Positions 1-9,238 of a DNA stretch of 64,000 nt are shown piece by piece. A model generated the notes under the pieces. The model was not told where the DNA came from, searched no databases, and worked only from the letters and a program-made list of their open reading frames with translations. How positions within the stretch are numbered: the stretch's first letter is position 1; each line of letters begins with the position of its first letter. The stretch comes from a virus. The stretch covers positions 2,759-66,758 of the IMG/VR virus record IMGVR_UViG_3300019888_000005; one strand, given 5' to 3'. A program made the position numbers and the translations under genes.

Positions 1-40
1 CTTCCTCGATGCTGTGATTACGCGGAAGGCAAACCCATGA
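1..40 (+). CDS. 3' end of upstream gene (probably baseplate protein), partial
   Basis: Frame reads FLDAVITRKANP* ending TGA 38-40, overlapping the ATG at 37 (ATGA coupling). Confidence 0.5.
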   Translation, partial: FLDAVITRKANP

Positions 41-102
41 CGGTGAGCACTGAATTCCCGTTGATGCCACCGCGTTCCACCGAATCGCGCCTGGCACGTT
101 TT
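37..102 (+). pseudogene. Orphaned original N-terminus of the baseplate/tail gene, cut off by the HNH insertion
   Basis: MTVSTEFPLMPPRSTESRLARF is nearly identical to VATSTEFPLMPPRSTESRLAHF encoded at 654-719. Confidence 0.75.
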
Positions 103-622
103 ACTTTCTTCGGTGGTACGACTCACGTGCGATTCGGCGTATGCAGATTATGCAGCGGCGAGCTTGATCACCGTTTTTCTTTGTTACCCATCGAGTGTTC
201 TCTTCGGTGTATTCGTGGTCTTGAGGGCAATGAGTCTTCAGTGTGTTGTGGTGATTACCGTTGCGTACCTTATCGAGCTGATTGTCACGCTTCGTCCCCC
301 AGTACAGGTTGGGCAAGGTGTTGTTCGCAGGGTCATCGTCTCGATGTAGACCGAACAGGCTGGGTGGGCGTGGCTCTACGAACGCTTCGAGGACGAGGTG
401 GTGGATCAGGGCTCGGTGGTAGCTACCCTTGCGAGATAAGGTCACGGCAAGATGTCCTTGGCCGTTCGATATCACTGGTGAAAGGTACCGACTTCGATAT
501 TTTCTCTCGAAAATCGAGCCGCCACGCTCGACAACGACAGTTCTCTCAACAGATCGGCTCCGACCCAAGTCGCTGACTTCATACTCACCTTCGTAGCTCA
601 ATATCGGCATCCAGTTCTCCAC
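101..622 (-). CDS. NUMOD4-HNH homing endonuclease
   Basis: W.PI..YEG.YEVSDLGR.RS (NUMOD4), HHLVLEAF, HRDDDPANN...NL.WGT...N (HNH), C-terminal THCPQDH...RRCIIC. Confidence 0.9.
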   Translation of the reverse strand: MENWMPILSYEGEYEVSDLGRSRSVERTVVVERGGSIFERKYRSRYLSPVISNGQGHLAVTLSRKGSYHRALIHHLVLEAFVEPRPPSLFGLHRDDDPANNTLPNLYWGTKRDNQLDKVRNGNHHNTLKTHCPQDHEYTEENTRWVTKKNGDQARRCIICIRRIARESYHRRK

Positions 623-653
623 CTTATAAACCTACTTTGAGGAGGTGATCCAA

Positions 654-2013
654 GTGGCCACATCGACCGAGTTTCCTCTTATGCCTCCCAGAAGTACTGA
701 ATCTCGTTTGGCCCATTTTTGACGAAACGGTCTACCGGGCCGACTCGACGACAGTCGTCTACAAGCTCGTCGATGCGCTGTGCGGGGACTCCGGTGCGGG
801 GGACCTCAAGAAGCAGGCCTTTCTTCAACGTCTCAGTCAGACGATGGAGAATATTTATTTTTCGGATCTCGATTACATCTTCGGTGGCATCGGGTTTCTG
901 GAACGCACCACCTCGGAGAGTTACCCCTATGACCCCGCCAACGACATGCTCACGAGTGACCAATGGGACGAAGTTCGCGTCAAGGATGCGTGGTATCGCG
1001 CTCGGATTCGTGATTTCTTTATTGCAGCAGGAAAAGGCGGAACGCCTGATGGTATTCGTATGGCCACGATCGCTGCGACCTCGGTGGATTGCGATATCTA
1101 CGAGGTTTGGCGCTACATGGACAACTTCGGATTGACGGCATCGTTGGGGCGCGCTCCGGTGGCGACTCGTAGTGAGTTCGTGGTGGCCCCGCACAAGAGC
1201 AACCTGGGTCAGAAGGAGCTGCGCCTCCTCAAGCAGATGCTCACTAGAATCGCTCCACTGGATTCCATCGTCACGGTCAACACGGCGGGGCTGGCCGTGC
1301 ACACTCCGGTGGCCATCGCCGCAGCAGCGGCGGACTCCAGCTATTTCGAGGTCCAGAAGATTGTCACAGGCTCTCCGATCCTGGCGGATCTTCCCGCACC
1401 CGAAGTGATGGCCATCGACCTGCGGCCCAGCGAGCAGTGGCTTCTGAGCGGCAACCCCACCTTGGCCCCTTATGCAGCGTTCAACATCACTCAGGAGTAC
1501 GGCTACTACTATCTGGCCAGCGGTGGGGCACGGAGCCCTATCGACTCCGTGCAGTACGGAACTCTCCAGGGCGATGGCAGTGTCAAGAAGGAGCCGAACT
1601 ACGAGAGCTTTCAGGTCATCGAGCAGTACACCGCGTGGGTGGAGTACGAGAAGGCCGACAGCCCTGACAACTATCCTGGCGGAAAGTTCGGTCTTACGCC
1701 CGACGTGGCCCCTGCGGTCAACCCCGACAACTCACCGTATGTATTTCAGTACACTTCTCAGCAGGTCTATGTGGACAAGGTCAAGGACGGGGTCTTGACT
1801 CAGGGCGGTCAAGCTGACGACATTCGTTTCAGGCTCCCGATCATTGCGACGTCGACCACCAAGAAATCATTCACTCCCGATCTGGCCGTGGCTTACAACC
1901 CTCCGGTCAAGGATTCGACCGTGACCAGTAGCTGGACCAGCGGGCAGTACACCAAGTCTGTCTTCGATGGCCCCAAGGCGTGGACGTTCAACTTCGGGGT
2001 GTTCGGCCTGTGA
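654..2013 (+). CDS. Baseplate/tail protein; true start probably GTG 654, requiring a +1 shift at 717-721 (the uninterrupted ORF runs 844-2013)
   Basis: GGAGGTGA SD just upstream of GTG 654; 22 codons then TTT TGA; the +1 frame continues DETVYRADSTT... into the 844 ORF; lies in the tail module. Confidence 0.6.
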
Positions 2014-5000
2014 CTCTCGGACTGTTTTTCGATTTTCACTTTCCACTCGACCTGGTGACGCTGCTGGGCAACCTGCTCAACTTCAAGAATTTCGATCCCA
2101 AGAACCCAGCCACTCCAGTTGATACAAGTACGCGTGAGTGGTACTCCCAGCCTCGTCCGTCGACCGACACCACTACCGAGGTCATCACCGTCACCTTCAA
2201 GCTGCCGTTGTCGGTGAGTGAGTTGTCGGCGGATTTTCTACGGAAGTCCTGCCGGGTGGAGATCTGGTACAAGGACCGCTCGAACAACTGGATGCAGATG
2301 CGAGATCGCCAACGGGTTCCCTTGGCGCTCAACGTATCCAGCTCAGCAGCTCAGGCCTGGTACAAGTACCGCTCGACTGTCTATCCCATTGTGGCCAAGG
2401 CTGTGCAGATTCGTATCACACGTACAGCGGACCCCGATCTTGCGAGTCGTCCTTATTCGCTGGGTATGCGCAACATTCTCATCAAGCGCAACGTCTACGA
2501 GCGAAATCAGGGCGTGCAGGCGTTGGAGGACGAGCAAGACGTACTCGGCAACGTCATCACCAAGTACATCAAGGACTGGGATGCTTCCAAGGCGGTCGAC
2601 TCCGACGCTATTACCTATTGGAAGTGTTCACCTCAGCCTGACCCTGCTGCTGTGGTGGCGCTCTATCTCGATGTGCGGACACCGTCCGGGGTAGCACAGG
2701 CCATCGACAAGCTCTATCTCGATCCGGTGCACTCGGGGCAACAGCTGAATCTCTATTACAGCTCCGATGACACCGTGGCCGACCGAAAGCTTTCGCCCAT
2801 CTCGGTCTATCCCGACATCGACAACAACACCGACTGGCGTGCGGGACGCGGACGGTGGGACATCTCGGGAGTGACGGGACAGAACGCGCTCTACCAGGTC
2901 ACGGCCAACTGGGGGCCGCAGTTCCAGCAGGCCGTGTGGGTGGGTCTGGAGTGGTTGCCGGACTTCGATCCGCTCAGTGGGCCTTCTCTTACTCCGGTGC
3001 TGTTGCAGGTCACTCCGCAAGTGGCCACAGCGGCGTGGGCTCCGCAGATCATCTACGACCCCGGTGCGGGAACGTTCGAGTTGCATTTCGTGCACGCGCC
3101 GGACACGACGATCACCTTCATTGCTCCCATGAGCAAGGTGTTCGTCAAGAACGAGCCGGTGCGCATCGTGATCGGGTGGGCCTACAACCCCAAGCGCATC
3201 ATCATCAAGGTGGTCAACCGGGCGGGAGAGATTCTGGCGACGACCACTGCCAATGCGTCCGCGTTGCCCGATCTCGTGACGTTAGACGGCTCTATCAGCT
3301 TCTTGCGGTTCCGGGGCACCTACACCGCGATGGTGATCAAGTTGCAGGACTGGGTGACCGAGGTAGCACCCTTCTTGTCCAACCCCACCACCTACGTAAG
3401 CCCCGATCCGGTGTTGCCCGATGCGCAGGGCAACATCCCGACATCCTCACTGGACAACGCCATCTACGCGGCGGACTGGACCCAGCAGTCCGAGGGTGTG
3501 GGCGGGGTGGACCACACCGAATACAACTCCAAGGTGTGGACTCCGATCTGGCGGAACTACGTATCGGAGAAGGGCGATATCTTCTTTCCGGCCATGATCA
3601 TGGCGAAGTACTTGAAACTCGAATTCACCAACCTCACCGAAGAGCCTTACCCCATCTACGAGTCCGGTATTCAGGTCAGCTACAAGGTGTTCCCGATCAG
3701 CGTGCAGCAGGTCGCCACGACGGGGCCCAGGCTCTATACCGGCTCTGCGGTGGGTGGTTTGTTCGGGGTGGCAAACCTCAACGGGGTCAAGAGCATCAAC
3801 TGGTTCGACCCCGGCTCCATCCTCGGGGCGCTGTCCTCGATTCTCAGCCCGCAATACGATCCGGTGTCGGTGTCGGTGGGTCCGGGGTACATCAACAGCA
3901 CCATGCCCAACCTGTCGGATGGTCCCATCACCAAGAGCCATACGGCGGAGTTGAGCAGCAACACCATCTATCGGCGCACGGTGCTCGATCCGTTCGTATT
4001 GGCAGCGGATCAGTACTACACGACGATCAACAGCGACGGGCTCCAGAAGCTCGCGCCCTACACCACTATTCCGTGGCAGGAGATTGCTGCGGCGAACCCC
4101 GGTGCCATCGCTACTGCACCAGCTCTGGGCGCGCAGGCGGTGCGTGGAACGGACTGGTGGCTGTTCCCTGGTCAGCAGCTCAAGATTCCAGCTTCGGTGA
4201 TGTCCAAGCTCACCGACACCTCGACGGTGACAGAACGCAGGGCCACGTTCGAAACGCGCGTGCGTTTCACCACCACGGCGGTGCATCGTTACGAGGTCCG
4301 CACACTCAAGCGCGACGCGGCCATCGCTTACTTCGCGGGAGTGCGGGAGGTGATCCCGAGTGTGTCCAGCTACATCTACGGCGTGGACAAGGATCAGTTC
4401 GACTTTCCCTTCTACACTCCTGCACAGTGGGTCTTCACCAACATCGCTACTTCGCCTATCGGCTCGGTGACCTATGACGGCACGCCGGACGGGGGGCTGG
4501 CCTATGGGTCGATGTACTTCAATTTCCAGACCTACTCGAACTTCGCGAAGGTGGCGCTGGACTTCCGCGACTCCGGTCTGATGCGGTCGGATGCGATGTG
4601 GGCTTCTGCGGAGAGCGATACTCTTTCGCCCTACACACACCTGATCCCGTCGAACCTCGAAGGGTCCGCGTGGCTGGACAATTTCGTGGACTGGACCGAC
4701 ATATCCATTCAGTGGGGTGCTCCACGTGGTGTCGTGGCGGTCAATCTCGACGGTGACCGGCGTTACCAGGGTCGTCGTGTGCTGCACTTCTCGCGTGCTC
4801 CCGGAGCGGGTGAAGCGGGTCTGTCGTTGGAGCAGCAGACCAACTACATTCCGGGCGCGTTGTTCCGGCTGGGTTGCGTGATCTACAAGCCTTTCGCCAA
4901 CGCGAACATCATTCTGTTGCGTCTGGTACGTAAGCTCGACGGTGTCGTCATCTATGAGACTCCGGTCGACGTTACGGTGGGGCGCTGGACGGACTTCACC

Positions 5001-5636
5001 ACCGACCTGATCGAGGTCCCGGTCAATCCTTCCCTGGCTGCTCCAGTCCTCACGAAGGGTGCGACCAATACCTCGGGTGGAACCTTTGCGGCGGGAACGT
5101 ATTACTGGAAGCTCACGGCCATCAACGCCAACGGCGAGACGTTGGGTTCGAACGAGGTTTCGGCCACCCTTGTCCTCAACGGCACGCAGGTTCTCAACTG
5201 GACGGCGGTGCCGGGGGCAACGGGTTACAAGCTCTATCGCGGGACGGCGGCGGGTGCGGAGAACAAGCTCACCGCCACCCTGGGAACCGTGACGACCTAT
5301 ACCGCCACTGGAGGCGCGGGAACGACGGCGACAGTGCCGAGTGTGAACACCACCGCAGCAACGGGCATGGACTTCGAGGCCCACCTCGTATTGACAGGCG
5401 ATTCCGAGGACGATCTGTATGTGTCCGATCTGTATTCGGAGTTGACTCACGTTCGCTACTTCGCCCAGCTGGGTGGAGTGACCGGATTCCTGCACGAGGT
5501 AACGGACCTGAGGTTTAAGGCTGGTGCGGCAGTGGTGGCCCCGGTTGCGGTCCAGCAGTGCAATGTCCGGGTGAACATCCTCTCGGACAGGGGATTTTGT
5601 TTCGGTGCCTCGATGACGCCGACGTACTTGAAATAG
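2010..5636 (+). CDS. Large minor tail/baseplate protein with beta-sandwich (lectin/Ig-like) domains
   Basis: About 1208 aa, GTGA-coupled to the previous gene, beta-rich, with an FN3/Ig-like segment (TYYWKLTAINANGET...WTAVPGATGYKLYR). Confidence 0.7.
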   Translation: MTLGLFFDFHFPLDLVTLLGNLLNFKNFDPKNPATPVDTSTREWYSQPRPSTDTTTEVITVTFKLPLSVSELSADFLRKSCRVEIWYKDRSNNWMQMRDRQRVPLALNVSSSAAQAWYKYRSTVYPIVAKAVQIRITRTADPDLASRPYSLGMRNILIKRNVYERNQGVQALEDEQDVLGNVITKYIKDWDASKAVDSDAITYWKCSPQPDPAAVVALYLDVRTPSGVAQAIDKLYLDPVHSGQQLNLYYSSDDTVADRKLSPISVYPDIDNNTDWRAGRGRWDISGVTGQNALYQVTANWGPQFQQAVWVGLEWLPDFDPLSGPSLTPVLLQVTPQVATAAWAPQIIYDPGAGTFELHFVHAPDTTITFIAPMSKVFVKNEPVRIVIGWAYNPKRIIIKVVNRAGEILATTTANASALPDLVTLDGSISFLRFRGTYTAMVIKLQDWVTEVAPFLSNPTTYVSPDPVLPDAQGNIPTSSLDNAIYAADWTQQSEGVGGVDHTEYNSKVWTPIWRNYVSEKGDIFFPAMIMAKYLKLEFTNLTEEPYPIYESGIQVSYKVFPISVQQVATTGPRLYTGSAVGGLFGVANLNGVKSINWFDPGSILGALSSILSPQYDPVSVSVGPGYINSTMPNLSDGPITKSHTAELSSNTIYRRTVLDPFVLAADQYYTTINSDGLQKLAPYTTIPWQEIAAANPGAIATAPALGAQAVRGTDWWLFPGQQLKIPASVMSKLTDTSTVTERRATFETRVRFTTTAVHRYEVRTLKRDAAIAYFAGVREVIPSVSSYIYGVDKDQFDFPFYTPAQWVFTNIATSPIGSVTYDGTPDGGLAYGSMYFNFQTYSNFAKVALDFRDSGLMRSDAMWASAESDTLSPYTHLIPSNLEGSAWLDNFVDWTDISIQWGAPRGVVAVNLDGDRRYQGRRVLHFSRAPGAGEAGLSLEQQTNYIPGALFRLGCVIYKPFANANIILLRLVRKLDGVVIYETPVDVTVGRWTDFTTDLIEVPVNPSLAAPVLTKGATNTSGGTFAAGTYYWKLTAINANGETLGSNEVSATLVLNGTQVLNWTAVPGATGYKLYRGTAAGAENKLTATLGTVTTYTATGGAGTTATVPSVNTTAATGMDFEAHLVLTGDSEDDLYVSDLYSELTHVRYFAQLGGVTGFLHEVTDLRFKAGAAVVAPVAVQQCNVRVNILSDRGFCFGASMTPTYLK

Positions 5637-5653
5637 ATAGGTCTCGCGGTAGC

Positions 5654-5659
5654 TATAAT
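5654..5659 (+). promoter_or_regulatory. -10 box for a leaderless HNH transcript
   Basis: TATAAT 5 nt before ATG 5665, no SD. Confidence 0.5.
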
Positions 5660-5664
5660 TGATC

Positions 5665-6234
5665 ATGAGCAAGTGTGCTGAGGGGTGTACGTGCGGACAC
5701 CACTCCAGAAGAGATTTCAAGAAGTGTGAGCCAGGGTGTACCTGCGCAAGGCACGAACAGACGGAGGAGCATCGCCGTAAGAATTCCGAAGCGAATAAGG
5801 GCCGCAAGATGCCCCCCGAGGCTGTCGCTAGGCGAACAGAGACCAAGAGAGCGCGCGGAGATTTCTCTCCCGAGCGAATGGCGGTAGCGCAAGAAGGGCG
5901 GCGGCGCGCGCTTGCTCAAGGTCTGATCACCACAGGGCGCTATGTGGATGGACGGTCACGGCACCCTTCCTATGAGCGTTGGTACAACATGGTTCAGCGT
6001 TGCACCAATCCCGAGGATGCGAGTTGGAATCGGTACGGAGCGAGGGGCATCAAGGTCTGTAACGAGTGGCTTGATCCGCTTGTTTTTTATCACTATCTCG
6101 ATACGGTGCTTGGTCCGTGCCCCGAGAAGTATTCCATTGATCGGATCGACAATGATGGTGATTACGAGCCAGGGAATATCAGATGGGCTACGGCACGTGA
6201 GCAGGTATTGAACCGGAGAAATTCACGTACTTGA
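5665..6234 (+). CDS. HNH endonuclease with N-terminal KCxxGCTCxxH repeats
   Basis: W..MVQRC.N....W.RYGARGIKVC..W...F, SIDRIDNDGDYEPGNIRWAT..EQ..N. Confidence 0.85.
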   Translation: MSKCAEGCTCGHHSRRDFKKCEPGCTCARHEQTEEHRRKNSEANKGRKMPPEAVARRTETKRARGDFSPERMAVAQEGRRRALAQGLITTGRYVDGRSRHPSYERWYNMVQRCTNPEDASWNRYGARGIKVCNEWLDPLVFYHYLDTVLGPCPEKYSIDRIDNDGDYEPGNIRWATAREQVLNRRNSRT

Positions 6235-6304
6235 AGTAATATGTGAAGCGGTCCCAGACGTTTGGACCGACATAAGCTGGGGATCGCGACCTTGGAAAAC
6301 GTCA

Positions 6305-6346
6305 GACAGCCCCCGAGGAGTTTCCCGACATCTCGGGGGTTGTTTT
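6305..6346. terminator. Intrinsic terminator between convergent genes
   Basis: GACAGCCCCCGAG / CTCGGGGGTTGTT stem followed by a T-run. Confidence 0.7.
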
Positions 6347-6350
6347 ACTC

Positions 6351-6881
6351 CTACGCACGTCGTTTTCGATTGCAAGGTCCGCAACTGGGACGTAGGTTTT
6401 CCGGGCGGTTGTCGTGTCGTACTCCGTTGACGTGATCGGCGTGCAGTGTGTCCCAGTCGATAGTGATGCCACACACCCAACAGGAGTGGGGGCCTGGACC
6501 GATGGTGTCGTAGAGCACCATTCGGTTCTCGCGTACGGTGCCAGCCGTTGTGGTCATTGGGTGGTTGTATTGCATCGTGAGGATGACGTATCCATCACTG
6601 TCGAGGTAGCGACCCACAGCTGGCCTGTTGCCATCCCTGAGTCCTTTTCGACTCTGAGAGAGACGGTCTTTCATCTGTTGAGATTTCGGTTTCCCGAGAT
6701 GGATTTCGGAAAGTTTAGCTCTGTGATCTTCGCTGAGGGGGACGCCTCGTTTGGCTTCTGATATCTTTTTTCGAGTTTCCTCTGTGATGACTCTCCCTCT
6801 GAGAGCCTCAGACTTTCTTCTCTTACTCTCGTCGCTCTGTTGATGGCGACCGCAGGTGCATGTCGGAGAGCACTTAGCCAC
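6351..6881 (-). CDS. NUMOD3-HNH endonuclease
   Basis: GTG start overlapping the helicase stop; repeated SEETRKKISEA-type NUMOD3 units; CWVCG...HADHVNGVRHDNRPENLRPSCGPCN. Confidence 0.85.
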   Translation of the reverse strand: MAKCSPTCTCGRHQQSDESKRRKSEALRGRVITEETRKKISEAKRGVPLSEDHRAKLSEIHLGKPKSQQMKDRLSQSRKGLRDGNRPAVGRYLDSDGYVILTMQYNHPMTTTAGTVRENRMVLYDTIGPGPHSCWVCGITIDWDTLHADHVNGVRHDNRPENLRPSCGPCNRKRRA

Positions 6882-8721
6882 GGTGATTCCTGAATAGTCC
6901 TTGAGCGAAAACGACTTCTGAAGTTCTTGAAAGTGTTTCGTGGGTTCCTTGAGTGGACGCCGAGAGTGCCATTCGTTCTTGATTGATCTTCCAGATACGT
7001 TCTTCGACAGAATCCTCGACCACATAGATGTAGCTGGTCAGACCTTCCAGGTAGGAGTCGGCCCTGTCGATCCGGTCGTTTCTTTGCATCAAGGTGTCGT
7101 AGTCGTAGGGGCATTCGACATTGATCACGAAGCGTGCGTTCTGGAAATTAAGGCCGGAGGCTCCTGCGTCTGATGACAAAAATACAGTGATTTCGGGGCT
7201 TGACTTGAAACTATCTTGAGCGGTTTGGGCATCCTTATCACTCATGCCGGTCCCATAATGAGTGACGTATCGTATACCCCTCTCATGAAAGACCTTGGCA
7301 AGTAAAAAAAGACATAGATATGTGTAGTGCGTAAAGACGATGACCTGGTCGCCCTGCTCGCGGATGTCCTCGATTTTGTCGCAGACCATTTCGAATTTGC
7401 TGGATGGCGCGTCGATGAGTCTGGGGTAGGTCTGTACGATTCGCTGCGCCACCTCGGACTCCGAATACCGAAGGGCGGCGGGGGTATTGCAGGCGTAGCG
7501 GATGCAGTTGTAGTGGGCGACGAACGAGAAGTCGTTTTCGATCTGTGTCGACATCTCGGCGTCGTCAAGGATCAGACTGATGAGCTTACGTTCCTCCGGT
7601 GAGTGCTGGACCGGGATCATCAGGGTCTGCATTCCTTTGAAGAACTCGCGAACGCCGGGGTCGGTCTTGCGTACGGCTTGAGTCTTCGCAGAGACGCGAT
7701 GGCGAACTTCGGTCAGTTCGCTCTTGTTCCAGACGTAGTTGTGCAGAATGACTCCGGGTCGAAGTTGGTAGTCCTCGATGCGGGTGCAGTAGCGTGCCAC
7801 GAAGTCCTTGCGCGTGCCCAAAGGGTTCTTGCCGAGCAGTTCGAAGATGTTGTGATAGCGCAAGGGCGAGGCTTTGACGATGCTGGCAGACATGGGCCAG
7901 ACCAGAGACTTCTCGGTGGCGCGCAACAACACGTCAATCGCCTTGCGGGCGCGGGTGGCATCGTTCTCGCCCCGGACGATTTTCTGGACCTCGTCGAAGA
8001 CGAACAGCACGCGCTTGCCTGTCACCTTGCGCTGGAGTTCCTCGGCGTCGAAGTGCGCCTTCTCGTAGTTGAGCACGAGGCAGGGCGCTTCGCTGTCGTC
8101 GTAGCGTCGCTGTCGGCGGGTTTTGGTCCCCTCGATGACCTCGGCCTCCATTCCTGTCAGAGCTGTCACTTGGCGGGACATGTTGATGCGCAGTCGTCGG
8201 AGGGTAAAGAACAGGCACAGGTCGATCTCGTCGCGGTTGACGAGCAGCTCTTGCATTCCGGCAGCGGCAGCTACCGATTTCCCCGTTCCTGTACCCCAGT
8301 TGAAGAAGAACCCGTTGACCTTCGCGCGCCCACCACGGGCGTCGAATGCGCGTCGTAGTGAGAATTGCTGGAAGGGGTGGAGGCCGTCCGGAAGGATGAG
8401 ACCGTCCACCTTGAGCGGTTCTGCCCAACGCACGAATTGCTCGATGATGGGTGCGGCGGAGGGCAGTGCGACGACGTTCCAACCTTCGTCCAATAGCTGA
8501 TTGGTGAGCACGTCGAGCATGAACAGCTCGGACAGTATGCAGTAGGGAGACAGGAAGCGGGAGTGCTCGTGGACGAACTCCTCCAGCAGCTCCGTAGGGA
8601 ACACCTGGAACAGCAACTCGCCGGGGTAGTCATCGGACCCCTCTACGAGACACACTCGCTCCCCGGCGCGAATCGCGGGAACGATGGCACCTACGTTGTC
8701 GATGACACTCGGTAGGCTCAT
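6874..8721 (-). CDS. SNF2/SF2-family helicase
   Basis: GTGTGKS Walker A, DEVQ, MSAS motif III, GASGLNFQNA, QRNDRIDR motif VI. Confidence 0.9.
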   Translation of the reverse strand: MSLPSVIDNVGAIVPAIRAGERVCLVEGSDDYPGELLFQVFPTELLEEFVHEHSRFLSPYCILSELFMLDVLTNQLLDEGWNVVALPSAAPIIEQFVRWAEPLKVDGLILPDGLHPFQQFSLRRAFDARGGRAKVNGFFFNWGTGTGKSVAAAAGMQELLVNRDEIDLCLFFTLRRLRINMSRQVTALTGMEAEVIEGTKTRRQRRYDDSEAPCLVLNYEKAHFDAEELQRKVTGKRVLFVFDEVQKIVRGENDATRARKAIDVLLRATEKSLVWPMSASIVKASPLRYHNIFELLGKNPLGTRKDFVARYCTRIEDYQLRPGVILHNYVWNKSELTEVRHRVSAKTQAVRKTDPGVREFFKGMQTLMIPVQHSPEERKLISLILDDAEMSTQIENDFSFVAHYNCIRYACNTPAALRYSESEVAQRIVQTYPRLIDAPSSKFEMVCDKIEDIREQGDQVIVFTHYTYLCLFLLAKVFHERGIRYVTHYGTGMSDKDAQTAQDSFKSSPEITVFLSSDAGASGLNFQNARFVINVECPYDYDTLMQRNDRIDRADSYLEGLTSYIYVVEDSVEERIWKINQERMALSASTQGTHETLSRTSEVVFAQGLFRNHRG

Positions 8722-8775
8722 GGAGTTACTATACGGTCGGAAGCGTTAACACTACGGTGTCTGAGGAGGCCCAAA

Positions 8776-9156
8776 GTGCGGGTCAAGGACGAGCAACAGT
8801 GGTCGATGCAGTGTGTAGTCTTCGATCAGGGAGAGACAGGTAAACAGTTCAGAAAATATTTGACCTTCTGGGTGGACACTGCCGAGCGGATCATGGACGA
8901 ATCTGTGGAGCCGATGACTCCGCATGTGGCGCTCAGCGAGGCGCTGGCGGTCACCGAAGAGAACATCGGCAACATGGATGCAGCGGCATTCCTGGGGCAG
9001 ATGTTGGCATTTATTATCTCCAACTGGGTGCATGGTGAGGAGCTTGCTCATGCCATGAGCAACATCGAACTCAAGATCGTAGCCGACGCGGTGCAGGACC
9101 ACACTGCGCAGATGCAGGCGATGGCGGGTGAGTCCGTGGAATCGTCTGCGCCATAA
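8776..9156 (+). CDS. Hypothetical protein
   Basis: GAGGAGG SD, GTG start, 126 aa. Confidence 0.7.
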   Translation: MRVKDEQQWSMQCVVFDQGETGKQFRKYLTFWVDTAERIMDESVEPMTPHVALSEALAVTEENIGNMDAAAFLGQMLAFIISNWVHGEELAHAMSNIELKIVADAVQDHTAQMQAMAGESVESSAP

Positions 9157-9238
9157 GGACTTTGATCACTATACTTGCGAGTAGCGCTGTGATGACGCGC
9201 TACCTGTGCAGTAACCCCAAACCAGGAGGATGCTTCTG

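Noticed and set aside
101-721. Group I intron containing the HNH gene
   Set aside because: No room for a catalytic core, and the duplicated start with its own SD explains the layout
3447-5846. 799-aa minus-strand ORF and other long antisense ORFs (e.g. 17809-19152, 55254-56711)
   Set aside because: Shadow frames of well-supported + strand genes in GC-rich DNA; no recognisable motifs
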